A stretch of 43,467 bases of DNA from positions 29,316,989-29,360,455 of the forward strand of contig NC_068993.1 in the NCBI RefSeq assembly GCF_001194135.2. The letters are read 5' to 3'. A model generated the notes under the pieces. The model saw only the letters and a program-made list of their open reading frames with translations. It was not told the origin of the DNA and ran no database searches. Origin of the DNA: Octopus bimaculoides. Its lineage: Eukaryota. Position numbers and translations under genes: made by a program. Positions 11,400-23,408 of the stretch are shown piece after piece. Numbering within the stretch: position 1 is the stretch's first letter; each line of letters begins with the position of its first letter.

Positions 11400-13868
11400 A
11401 CGTATTCTGCGGGACAACCTGCTGAGAGCCACCGAAGAGATCTGTGGCTGGTGTAAAGTCCCCTCTCAACCCAAAGTAACGTGGTGGTGGAACAAGGAGG
11501 TAGACAGGGCTATTAGACAAAAGAAACAGGCTTGGAAGAACGGTGGTAGCAGGGAATTGTATCAGACTGCCAGAAGGGAAGCTAGGCGACAGGTTTATTT
11601 AGCCAGGTGGGAAGCAGATAAGAAAAAATTTGCCAATGTTCTGCGCCATGAAGACCAAAGACTTGAAGTATTTCGTGTTGCAAGACAGTGTGTGAGAGAG
11701 AATCGTGATGTTGTAGGAGAGAAATGTGTTTGCATGGATGATGGTACGCCTGCACTAAACAAGGCTGCAAAGAAAGAGGTTTGGAGACGCCACTACGAAA
11801 GATTGCTCAATAAAGAGAATGAATGGGAGAAAGAGAGTCTGCCGAATGTCAACCCAACAGAGGGACCAGCTATCCGAGTTGACAGTACCATGGTAGATAA
11901 AGCAATTAAGAGTTTGAAGACAGGGAAAGCCCCCGGCTCATCAGGAATCACTGCAGAGATGCTCAAAATATCTGGCAGTGTCGGCTATAGCCTAGTCACC
12001 TGTATTGCTAACCAGATGATACACGAAGGAGTCATACCCAATGACTGGTGTAGTAGAACCATAGCCAACTGCTACAAAGGTAAAGATGATGCTTTAGATA
12101 CAAATAATTACAGAGGTATCAAGCTGTTAGATCAGGTAATGAAAGTCACAGAGAGGGTCATAGCCCAACAAATTAAGGAGAGAGTCAGTTTAGATGAGAT
12201 GCAGTTTGGGTTCGTGCCAGGGAAAAGCACCACTGATGCTATATTTCTGGTAAGACAGCTGCAGGAGAAATACCTAGCCAAGGATAAACCTCTGTACCTG
12301 GCTTTCGTTGAAATGGAGAAAGCCTTTGACAGGATCCCCCTAACCCTTATCTGGTGGTCAATGAGGAAACTCGGGATAGAAGAATGGTTAGTGAGAGCTG
12401 TCAGTAAGGTGAGGGTTGGCAATGAGTACAGTGATGAATTCCGGGTAGAGAAGTTTCAGGTGTGGAAGCAAGGATTAGAATTGAAGGGCCTTAGAGNNNN
12501 NNNNNNNNNNNNNNNNNNNNNNNNNNNNNNNNNNNNNNNNNNNNNNNNNNNNNNNNNNNNNNNNNNNNNNNNNNNNNNNNNNNNNNNNNNNNNNNNNNNN
12601 NNNNNNNNNNNNNNNNNNNNNNNNNNNNNNNNNNNNNNNNNNNNNNNNNNNNNNNNNNNNNNNNNNNNNNNNNNNNNNNNNNNNNNNNNNNNNNNNNNNN
12701 NNNNNNNNNNNNNNNNNNNNNGAAAACAACTTCTGTCTCATTCCAGGGAGAAAAACTAGACGTAGTTGATAGCTTCCGCTATCCTGGTGACCAAGCTAGT
12801 AGTGGGGGTGGGTGCGCTGAATGTGTAGCTACTAGAATAAGAATAGCCTGGGCAAAGTTCAGAGAGCTCTTACCTCTGCTGGCGACAAAGGGCCTCTCAC
12901 TCAGAGTAAAAGGCAGACTGTATGACGCATGTGTACGAACAGCCATGCTACATGGCAGTGAAACATGGGCTGTGACTGCTGAGGACATGCGTAAGCTCAC
13001 AAGGAATGAAGGCAGTATGCTCTGATGGATGAGTAATGTCAGTGTGCATACCCGACAGAGTGTAAGTGTCTTGAGAGAAAAGTTAGACCTAAGAAGCATC
13101 AGTTGTCGCGTGCAAGAGAGAGGATTGCGCTGGTATGGACATGTGGCAAAAAATGGATGAGGATAGCTGCGTGAAAAAGTGCCACACCCTAGCGGTTGAG
13201 GGAACCCGTGGAAGAGGCAGGCCTAGGAAGACCTGGGATGAGGTGGTGAAGCACGACCTCCGAACATTAGGCTTCACCGAGACAATGACTTGTGGCTATG
13301 ACCTTTGGAAATATGCTGTGCGTGAGAAGACCCGGCAAGCCAAGGGAGACCAAAATCCAAGGCCTCTGCCAGGGATGTAGTCAGCCCACTTACACATAAC
13401 ATTCCTTCATTGGACACTAAAATCCGCTTGCGAAAACCTGTTGAGGCAAGTGATATCGAAATCGAACTAAATTTGTAGGAACACTAAACTTGGCTTGTGA
13501 AGACCTGTTGGGGCAAGCAAAAGCGAAATCGTGATGGCACCTGTACCAGTGGAGCACTAAGAGTACCGTCCGAGCGAGATTGTTGCCAGTGCCGATGGAC
13601 TGGCTCCTGTGCAAGTGGTACGTAAAATACACCATTTTGAGCGTGGCTGTCGCCAGTACCACTTGACTGGCCTTTCGTGCTGGTGGCACATAAAACACCC
13701 ACTACACTCTCGGAGTGGTTGGCGTTAGGAAGGGTATCCAGCTGTAGAAATTCTGCCAAATCAGATTGGAGCCTGGTGTCGCCTCCTGGTCCACCAATCC
13801 TCAGTCAAATCGTCCAACCCATGCTAGCATGGAAAACGGACGTTAAACGACAATGATGATGATGATGA
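11400..13868 (+). mobile_element. 5'-truncated RTE LINE with internal RT deletion
   Basis: ORF 11557 has NYRGIKLLDQVMKV, QFGFVPGKSTTDAIFLVRQLQEKY and AFVEMEKAFDR. 3' part AMLHGSETW...RLRWYGHV..RGRGRPRKTW. (GAT)n tail at 13852-13868. Confidence 0.95.
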
Positions 13869-14229
13869 AAATGATATTTCATCTTTCTTCAATTCTTCCC
13901 AACCTGTTTAACATATTTAATTTCTGTTTAATATTCTGTAACATTTTTTTATAACGGTACATAATAAGGACATGATCTTCAACATAGATTTTCATAAGAC
14001 GTATAGGCGTACATTAGCGTCCGTACAAGACATACTCTAACATGATGTACATTTTAACTTGATAGATAATACTTATTGATATCCTTTACAAGTTAAGAGA
14101 TGGCTTTATCAATATCAACTTCAAGACAATTAAAATATACACTCATAAATGAGTGTGAAATAAGCAGCCTTAAAATAACAATTATTTCAACTACTATAAC
14201 TGTCGTGGAAAAACTGGTGACTACCAATA

Positions 14230-15360
14230 AAAACCATTATACCATATACGTCATACCAGTCCTTTACTGTTCAATAAAACTAGTTCTATATAGCATTGTC
14301 TGTACCCTCTTCTTCCATGAATTCAATCATAGAAACATAATAATAGTAATAATCAATAAACCCAGTCCCATATTATCCACTGCTTATCAACAATTCTAGT
14401 GCTGTAAACCATGCTGTCAGCCCATGTTTGTTCAGTAAATCACACATAACACATTTTCTGTCTACTGTTGTTTAATAATCCCAGTCTTTCAATAGACTAG
14501 TGCTATGTACAAACACACTCTATGTTAAGTGTTCAATACACTCCATCTTATGTTTATTATTTGTCCACTGTTGTTAAGTAAGCTCAGCTGTACTGAACAA
14601 CAGTGGACATGCATTATGGTAGAGAGGACTGGGTTTACTGGATAACGGTGGAGAAACTGTGTGATACATAAGTACATAGAATTAGATTTACCAAATCTTA
14701 GGAGGGACTGAGTGTTTTTAACAATGATTGGTACATGAGGATAGTTTTACTGAACAACAGTGAACAGACAGTGTGGTATGAGGGATTAAGTTGACCTAGT
14801 CTGATGCATCACAGTTTCTGTTCATTGTTGTTCACCATTGTTCCAGAAACCCAATCTAGTGCACTAAAATGTCTATCTACAACTGTTTACCAAGCTATTT
14901 CTTATGTACCACGCAGTATGCCTACTTTTGTTAAACTAATACATTCAGTGTACTACACTCTCTATCCACTGCTGTTCAACAAATCCAGTCTTATGTACCA
15001 CACTGTTTGTCTACTGGTGTTTAGCAAATTAAGTCTCATGCACCATATTGTCTGTCCACTGTTGTTAATAAACCCAGTCTTATATACCACATTGTGTCTC
15101 CACTGCTGTTCGACAGACACAATCCTATGTAATAATGTCTGTCCACTGTCATTCAATAAACCCAACCCTATACACAGTTGTTGAATAGACCCAGGACCTA
15201 TGTACTGCTCTGTCTGTCTACTGTTGTTTAATTAACCCATTCTTATGTACCTGTCCATCTACCATTGTTTAACAAAAACAGTTTTAGGTACTAAATAATA
15301 GTACTAATTTTCAATAAACCTAATCCTATGTACCACAATGTCTGTCTACATTGTTCAACA
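14230..15360. repeat. Degenerate ~44-45 bp minisatellite array, part 2, with an inverted block at about 14590-14790
   Basis: Same consensus as 10420-11040, clearest at 14960-15290. Reverse-complement units such as TGAACAACAGTGGACA (14594) and TGAACAACAGTGAACAGACA (14751). Confidence 0.85.
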
Positions 15361-15426
15361 AATTCAATTTGAATTTTATTATGACAATAACATAGTTTCA
15401 TCTGAACATGTTTTATTTATTATCAG

Positions 15427-15600
15427 ATCATGGAGAACAAACCTCTCTAAGGGGGCTTGTTTACTATTGACTTACTCAGTACGACATCCCAAAGTCAAGA
15501 TATCTGGTGTGGAAGGTATCATTTTAGAATCTCACTATCTCATTGAACCTTGTGGTGCTGGGAAATCCAGGGTGACACACATTATTCGGGAAGATACAAA
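15427..15600 (+). CDS. STARD13: Internal exon of DLC-family RhoGAP, START domain (SWRTNLSKGACLLLTYSVRHPKVKISGVEGIILESHYLIEPCGAGKSRVTHIIREDTK)
   Basis: Acceptor tttattatcAG and donor AA|GTAAGT. Matches the SWRTDLPKGAC...YLIEPCGSGKSRLTHI motif. Phase-compatible with both neighbouring exons. Confidence 0.95.
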
Positions 15601-15838
15601 GTAAGTTTGATTTTAAATAACTCTGAATATCCATGTTACTGAACCATCATTCTAGAATTAACATGAGCCAGTGTATTATAATATTTTAACTCCCTCAGAT
15701 AAAGGTCATCCGATAATTAGCAATAAAAGAAACAAACAAAATTCAAATGTGAAGATAAGTATATTTTGTCATTGTCACAATAAGTATATCTCGTCAAATT
15801 ATACAACAAGCATAAAGTTTTTGGTGCAGACGCAATGC

Positions 15839-15872
<34 letters not shown>

Positions 15873-15902
15873 ATATATATATATGTGTGTGTGTGTGTAT
15901 TG

Positions 15903-16275
15903 TAGGTGCAGGAGTGGCTGTATGGTAAGTAGCTTACTTATCAACCACATGGTTCCGGGTTCAGTCCCACTGCATGGCACTTTGGGCAAAGTGTCTTCTA
16001 CTATAGCCTCGGGTCCACCAAAACCTTGTGAGTGGATTTGGTAGACGGAAACTGAAAGAAGCCTGTCGTATATATGTATATATATGTGTGTTTGTGTTTG
16101 TCCCTCCAACATCGCTTAACAACCGATGCTGGTATGTTTACATCCCTGTGACTTAGCAGTTCGGCAAAAGAACCTATAAAATAAGTACTAGGCTTACAAA
16201 GAATAAGTCCTAGGGTCTACTAAAAGGCAGTGCTCCAGCATGGCCGCAGTCAAATGACTAAAACAAGTAAAAGAG
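15903..16275 (+). mobile_element. tRNA-derived SINE, near full length
   Basis: A-box-like TGGCTGTATGGTAAG and B-box-like GGTTCAGTCCC. Central GGGCAAAGTGTCTTCTACTATAGCC. Simple-repeat tail. Homologous copies at 8425, 29328 and 31705. Confidence 0.9.
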
Positions 16276-16416
16276 TATATATATATATATATATATCCAG
16301 GTATCAAGCTAATTCATTCCTTGTGCACATCCGCTTGTTGGCTGTTAATTCTATTATTCATTTTTTTTTAAATTGCTTGTTTAATTAAATTCACTATGCA
16401 TGTATGTGTGTGTGTG

Positions 16417-16454
<38 letters not shown>

Positions 16455-17728
16455 NNNNNNNNNNNNNNNNNNNNNNNNNNNNNNNNNNNNNNNNNNNNNN
16501 NNNNNNNNNNNNNNNNNNNNNNNNNNNNNNNNNNNNNNNNNNNNNNNNNNNNNNNNNNNNNNNNNNNNNNNNNNNNNNNNNNNNNNNNNNNNNNNNNNNN
16601 NNNNNNNNNNNNNNNNNNNNNNNNNNNNNNNNNNNNNNNNNNNNNNNNNNNNNNNNNNNNNNNNNNNNNNNNNNNNNNNNNNNNNNNNNNNNNNNNNNNN
16701 NNNNNNNNNNNNNNNNNNNNNNNNNNNNNNNNNNNNNNNNNNNNNNNNNNNNNNNNNNNNNNNNNNNNNNNNNNNNNNNNNNNNNNNNNNNNNNNNNNNN
16801 NNNNNNNNNNNNNNNNNNNNNNNNNNNNNNNNNNNNNNNNNNNNNNNNNNNNNNNNNNNNNNNNNNNNNNNNNNNNNNNNNNNNNNNNNNNNNNNNNNNN
16901 NNNNNNNNNNNNNNNNNNNNNNNNNNNNNNNNNNNNNNNNNNNNNNNNNNNNNNNNNNNNNNNNNNNNNNNNNNNNTACTAAAAGGCAGTGCTCCAGCAT
17001 GGCCGCAGTCAAATGACTAAAACAAGTAAAAGAGTATATATATATATATAGTAAAAAACGATTCTGTTGGAGATTTTCCCCATGTGAAGAGTTGTGAAAA
17101 AATATAATAAATGAAGGAAAATGCATACAATTTATATATTTTAAAGGATATATAGTAATACCTCTATATAGAAGTTAATTTTTCCTGGAGACTGCTCATA
17201 AAGCAGAGCAATAATTTCCTATAGTAGCAATGTTATATATCGTAATTCATTCCCTGAAAAATATTTTACCTATAAAATTTATAATACTCATAAATAAATG
17301 GCAATAAAACAACAGCAGAGTGTAAAGAATATGTAAAATAAAGAGAATGTCAAGATCATTTATAATAAAAAATATTATTATAATCATTTTCTGCATCACT
17401 TTCACTCGCACTTGTCCCCTGCACACCATCACTTGTAGACTCGATTGCTGATTCACAGGCACTTGTAGATTTCTTTTTAAAAATAAGTCTAGAGTTGTTT
17501 GCTTAGAAGAAGCTTTTTTTCACTCTATAAATTTCTCAGTAACATGCAGAAGCATTTGTTATGGTTGTAGAAGCTTTTGCACTTCATTCAAAATTTAGAT
17601 CTTGTTCTTGAAAAATTTATTACAAAATCACTGAGTAGTATAAATCCAAATATTCAGTTTACAATCAAGTACAGCAAAGAACATGAGTTATAGTCATGAG
17701 ATAAAGTATGTACAGTGTTGGTTATGTG

Positions 17729-18621
17729 TTAGATTCATATTCAGGTTTGGTTTGTATTTTTCAATAAATTTTTTTTTTTTATTTAATCATTCTTGTATAG
17801 AAATTGTTTCCTTGCACTTGTAGATGGGGAAAACCATTAAGTTTGGTTGGAGATTCCCTGCACATTTCGCTATGTGTTCATTCAATGGTATCTGTCTATA
17901 CCTTGGGAAATGGATCTGTTCCTTATGCAGTGAAGTTCTCCATCTAAGTGAAATCCTTCTTTGGCTATATAGTTGTGTCCACAACCTGAACAAGTTATCA
18001 CATAAATTAAATTTTTGAATGCACAAGTGAAATTGGTCTTCATTGTGAATCTCTGTCCTTGTTTGAACTGGAATTCCAAACCTTCCAGTAGGTTGGGGTA
18101 TGTACCACAATTTGGGTGCCCACATTTTTTAACAATTGGTTTCATTGTTGATGGGTATAGCTTCACATTTGTCAGTCTTTTTAATGATTTGGGCTGTTTT
18201 TTACATTTGGCGAATTTGTGTGTTTGTAGAATGTGGTTCATTTTTGGGTCTCTATTGAGCATTGTCTTTCCATTATTTGTTTTTGGTAGGTGGTTTAGCA
18301 TACTTAGATCACCTCTAATGAAATTTTTTTATATATTTCAAAAGGGATTTCAGTAGGATGCCTAGAAAGTTGCTTAGGCAGTGGGTTTTACATGCTAGGC
18401 CAACTATAATGGGGCTTATCTTCAAATCTTCCAGTGCCTGGATATTGATGTATATACCTGGTGATTGTTTGCAGGCTTCATTAATTATCTGGCTCTTGTG
18501 TATCTTAGATAGGTCATAGAAAAGACTAGGTTTACATTTAAAGCTCATGGTATAGTCCATTTCTTTTTCTGTCAGAACTTTTCCATGTAGATGAATTAGG
18601 GATGCAAAATTTTTCTTTCTT

Positions 18622-18664
<43 letters not shown>

Positions 18665-19110
18665 TGTATAATTTTTAAACTTTTCAGTGTCCAGAAGAAC
18701 TACAGCACTTCTGCTGTGTCTGGCAGAACAACAGCACTTCCTTTGTCAGCTTCTTTGGTTAATTGTTAGTTCTTTATCATTTTGCAGATCAATTAAATTT
18801 TTCCATTTGATATTGTTAAAGTTGATTCTTCGCTTGTATAAAGTATTCGGGAAATTCAGGATTTGGTCACAAAAGTCATCTAGTGTTTAATTCCTACCTT
18901 TAAGTAGAAGATAATTGCTTTTCTTTTTGAGCAGTGATTCATCCTCGTTGTTGTAATCAATTAATGCTTCTGTAAGTCATAGTTTTCAGCAAAATTCTGT
19001 AATATTGTTTTTAATTTCATTCTGATTAGATCTGTTTGGGGCTGGGATAAATTTTAATTCTTTTGCAAGTATATTGATTTTTGTTGCTGAGAAAGTTTTC
19101 TTTGATAAAC
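17729..19110 (-). mobile_element. Penelope-like element remnant (N-terminal region, RT C-terminus, GIY-YIG endonuclease); RT core deleted
   Basis: GIY-YIG-type FTCAFKNLIYVITCSGCGHNYI, ending FIEKYKPNLNMNL*. N-terminal LAKELKFIPAP..LQNDKELTI at 18700-19110. ISPIIVGLACKTHCLSNFLGILLK marks RT domain 0/1. Confidence 0.85.
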
Positions 19111-19112
19111 TT

Positions 19113-21650
19113 ATCATCATCATCATCATCATCATCATTTACCATCCATTCTCCATGCTAGTAAGGGTTGGATGGTTCGACAGGAGCTAGATAGCTACCC
19201 AGGATCTACTTTGTCTGTTTTGGCATATTTTTCTTTGGTTGAATGCCTTTTCTAAATCCATCTACTTTACAGAGTGCACTGGGTGCTTTTAATGTGGCAC
19301 CAGCATGGGTGCTTTTATGTTGCACTAGCATGGGCAAATTTTACATGGCATCAGTACAGGTGCTTTTATGTGGCACCAATATAGGTGCTTTTACGTGACA
19401 TCAGCACCCATGAGCCCACAAAAGCTAGGGTCTCTCAGCTGAGGGAAGGACATAGAGGACATGCCTGTATATGTGAATGGCTATGATTTTACTAAGTTGG
19501 GTGTGTTTTCTCAAGCACAGCAAACCACCAGAAGTCACAGTCCCTTGTGTCCCTTAAAGGTCCTTTCTCACTACTTTGTCCTACATCTTCCTGGGTATAC
19601 TGCTTCCATATGTTCCCTCCACAGTTAGGGATCAGCACTTATTGGTGCAGCTGTCCTCATTCATATGCATCACATGACCATACCAACAGTTTTTTCTATT
19701 GGACACTACACTTGAAGCCTCATATACCCAATTTTTCTCTCAAATCACTTACACTCTTTCATCCATGCACATTGACATTGCTCATCCAGTGGAGAATGCT
19801 GGCTTCATTTCTTTCACACTTTCATATGTTCTCAGTAGCCACAGCTCGTTTCACTGTCTTGTAACATAGCTTTTCATATACAGGCATCATACAATCTGCA
19901 TTTCACTCTGAGAGAGAGGCCCTTTGTTGCTAACAAAGGGAGTAGCTCTCTGAACTTTTCCCAGCCCATTCTTATTCTATCAACAATGCTTTCAGAACAA
20001 CTTCCTCCACTGGTGACTTGGTTGCCCAAATAACAGAAACTCTCTACTACTTCTAAGAATCTCGCCAGACATTTGAGGGAGTCTTTTTTCTGTACATTCC
20101 TAGTATTTGGGGTACCTGCACATCTGTCACAGACAAAGACTACTTTCCCTGTTAATCTTGCTGTAATACTGCTGCACATCTTATGTGTCCATACCTGGAA
20201 CTGGGTACGCCTTATGGAGTTTCTACCAACACCTTTTCTATATATTGAGCAGGGTCATCACCCTGAAGGGACTTGTGATTTGTCTGTTTTCCTACTTCCT
20301 AGGACTTTGGTCTTTGCTAAATTAACACTAAGGCTCTTTGATTCCAGACCTTCCTTCTACACCTGAAATTTTTTCTCTAGTACTGATAGTGATTCAGCAA
20401 TAAGAAAAAGGTCAGCAAAAGAGAGAAGCTCCCAAGGGCAGCCAGTCTTAAATTCCTCTGTTATGGCCTGAAGAAATATGATAAACAAAAGGGGCTGAGA
20501 ACCAAACCTTGGTGAACTCTTACCTGTGCACTAAATTCTTTGCTATATTCATTGACAACATTCATCTTACTGACAGCATCTCTGTACATGGCTTGTATGG
20601 CTCTCCCCAACTACTCATCGATCTTTAGCTTCCACATTGCTCACCAGATAAGGGAGCAGAAGACCCTGTCAAAGGCTTTCTCCCTGTCAACAAAAGCCAA
20701 GTACAGAGGTTTATTTTTGATTAAATACTTCTCTTATAGTTGCCTCACTAGAAAGATAGCTTCAGTAGTGCCCTCTTCCTGGCACAAAACCAAACTGCAT
20801 CTTATCTAGGCAACTCTTTCTGCAACTTTCATCACCTGGTCCAGCAATTTGGTGTAACATTTTTTGTCTCAGGCATCACCTTTAGCTCTGTAACAGTTGA
20901 CCATAATGCTGCTACACCAGTCATTATAGGATCCTGTGAATAGTCAGGGATTTAGAGACTTCCTAACTGAAGTATTTAACGAGAAGGAGATACAGACATG
21001 TAACATAGAGGACAACTGGAAGTTCCTGTGGGACACTTTGCTGAGTGCCACCTCATGGACAACCTGATTAACTATACAGATGACTAAGCCATAACCCACT
21101 CTGCTAGATATTCTTAGCATCTCAGCAGTGATGTGCTTATCTACTAAACTGCTGTCAACATAGATAGCCAGTCCCTTGATTGGGACCACGTTAGGCAAGC
21201 TCTCTTTCTTCCATGCATTCTTTACATTTAGCAACCTTTCATAGTGATACTTCAAAGCCTTCTCCTTTGCAGAATCATTAACTGCACGTAAGCCATCATC
21301 CATGCAAATGCACTTCTCTCCTACAACATCATGGTTTTCTCTGACACACTATCTCACAATCCAAAACACCTCAAGCTTCTGTCCTCATGCCACAGAATAT
21401 TGGCAAACTTCTTCCTTTTTGTTTCTCTCCTGCCTAAATATATCTGTTTTCTAGCTTCTGCTACCAACATTCTTCCAGGCCTGTTTCTTTGCTCTAATGA
21501 CTCTGTCTACTATACTGTTCCACTACCATCCTACCCTAGGCCTAGTTGGGACTTTGCACCAACTGCAAGTTTTGTCTGTGGCACTTGGCAAGGTGTCACA
21601 CAAGAACTTCCAGCTGTCCTCTATGGCATATATTGCAGTAATGTGGATGA
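19113..21650 (-). mobile_element. Decayed RTE LINE with an inverted internal segment (about 20945-21050)
   Basis: (ATC)n end at 19113-19137. Fragments ESFCYLG..RIRMGWEKFRELLPLL, CSICRKGVGRNSI and LAFVDREKAFDRV. Confidence 0.9.
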
Positions 21651-21699
21651 GGGACTATTGAAGAAGAAGGGGAGATGGGAGGGCTGAAGGAGAGGAAGA

Positions 21700-22615
21700 A
21701 GAAAGAAAGAAGCTATGGTCTCACTTGTCCTGCCAGGTCTTCTCAAGCACAGCATGTCTCCAAAGGTCTCAGTCACTATTCATTGCCTCAGTAAGGCCCA
21801 ATGTTCGAAGGTCATGCTTCACCACCTCATCCCAGATCTTCCTGGGTCTACCTCTTCCACAGGTTCCCTCAACTGCTAGGATGTGACACTTTTTCATACA
21901 GCTGTCCTCATGGACAGCTGTGTGAAAAACATATGACCATACCAGCATATGATGCTTCTTAAATCCAACTTTTCTCTCAGGGCGCTTACACTCTTTTGTG
22001 TATGCACACTGACATTACACACCCATGTTTCACTGCCATGTAGCATAGCCGTTCGTACATATGCATCATACAGTCTGCCTTTTACTCTGAGTGAGAGGCC
22101 CTTGTCACCAGCAGAGGTAAGAGCTCTCTGAACTTTGCCCAGGTTATTCTTATTCTAGCAGCTACACTTTCAGCGCACCCTCCCCCACTACTAACTTGGT
22201 CACCCAGATTGCGGAAGCTATCAACTACCTCTAGTCTTTCTCCCTGGAATGTGGCAGAAGTTGTTTTCTGCACATTTACAGTGTTTATAGCTCCTGAACA
22301 TCTGCTACATACAAAAACTAACTTCTTAGTTAACCTTCCTTTGATATTGCTGCACCTCTTATGTGTCCATTGCTTGCACTGGGTGCATCTTATAGAGTTC
22401 CTACCCACACCTATTCTACAGATCGAGCAGGGCCATCTACCTGAAGGGATTTGTGGTTTGTCTGCCTTCCTACTTATTAAGACTTCGATTTTTGCTAGGT
22501 TGACTCTAAGGCCCTTCGATTCTAGTCCTTGCTTCCACACCTGAAACTTTTCCTCCAGTTCTGATAGTGACTCAGCAATTAGAGCAAGGTCATCAGCATA
22601 GTGGAGCTCCCAGGT
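21700..22615 (-). mobile_element. RTE LINE RT C-terminal fragment
   Basis: WELHYADDLALIAES catalytic motif. CSICRIGVGRNSIRCTQCKQWTHKRCS. RIRITWAKFRELLPLL. Confidence 0.93.
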
Positions 22616-22791
22616 ATATATATATATAATTAAAGGTACTAACAAGCAGTACTAACATGCTAAATATAGCAGTCAAAATGACGAATCCACAAATTTTCAC
22701 TAAAACACAAAGGTGAAAGTGGGCAAATGAATAAAAATCCTAAAACCCGCACCAATGATGAAAATATTCGAAAATTGAAAAAGCCAGACAT

Positions 22792-22837
22792 ACTTGTATC
22801 ACAGTGATTTCGTACCCTTAGTTCATCTTCAGCAAGT
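22792..22837 (-). ncRNA. Type I hammerhead ribozyme motif
   Basis: Minus strand: ACUUG CUGAAGA U GAAC uaagg GUAC GAAA UCAC U GUGA UA^ CAAGU. Stem I is 5 bp, the CUGANGA/GAAA core is intact, stem II has one A.A mismatch, stem III is palindromic, and the cleavage triplet is AUA. Confidence 0.8.
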
Positions 22838-23350
22838 CTTACTGACCCCAGGGTTATAGACATTATTTATCTCACTAATGTGTACAATGACCATTTTTAA
22901 TGCCGCAGCAAACTTAAAAAGGTGATCGAAGTGAATAAAAATTATTTACATATATATGAGGATATTATTGTTTATAATAATATCAGTGGCTTAGCATGTG
23001 TAGAAAACCCATAACGATAAAAAAATTAATGGAGATTTAGGGCTTTTATTTATTTGCCCGCTTCTACCTTTGTGTTTAAGTGAAGATTTATGATTTGGTC
23101 ATTTTGATTGCTATATTTATCATACCAGTACTGCTTGTTAGTACCCTTAATTATTTATTAATTGATAATTTTTTACCATTATGGGTGTTTTACTCATGCT
23201 AAGCCACTGATATTATTATAATCAATAATATCCTCATATACATTTAAATAATTTTTATTCACTTCCATCACCTTTTTTTAAATTTGCTGTGGCATTCAGA
23301 ACGGTCATATAGGTGAGATGAATAATCTCTATAACCCTGGGGTCAGTAAA

Positions 23351-23408
23351 ACTCACTGAAGATGAACTAAGGGTTTTTCTCAAAGTTCGAAATCAAAGCG
23401 ATACGAGT
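23351..23408 (+). ncRNA. Type I hammerhead ribozyme motif (sense to the host pre-mRNA)
   Basis: ACUCA CUGAAGA U GAACU (15-nt loop) AGUUC GAAA UC aaagc GA UA^ CGAGU. Core intact. The closing pair of stem I is an A.C mismatch. Confidence 0.75.

Noticed and set aside
14960-15290. CRISPR-like array
   Set aside because: The units are contiguous, degenerate tandem repeats with no unique spacers, in eukaryotic intronic DNA.
16977-17045. Apparent tandem duplication of the SINE 3' end (16217-16275)
   Set aside because: It flanks an assembly gap and is essentially identical, so it is most likely a contig overlap artefact.
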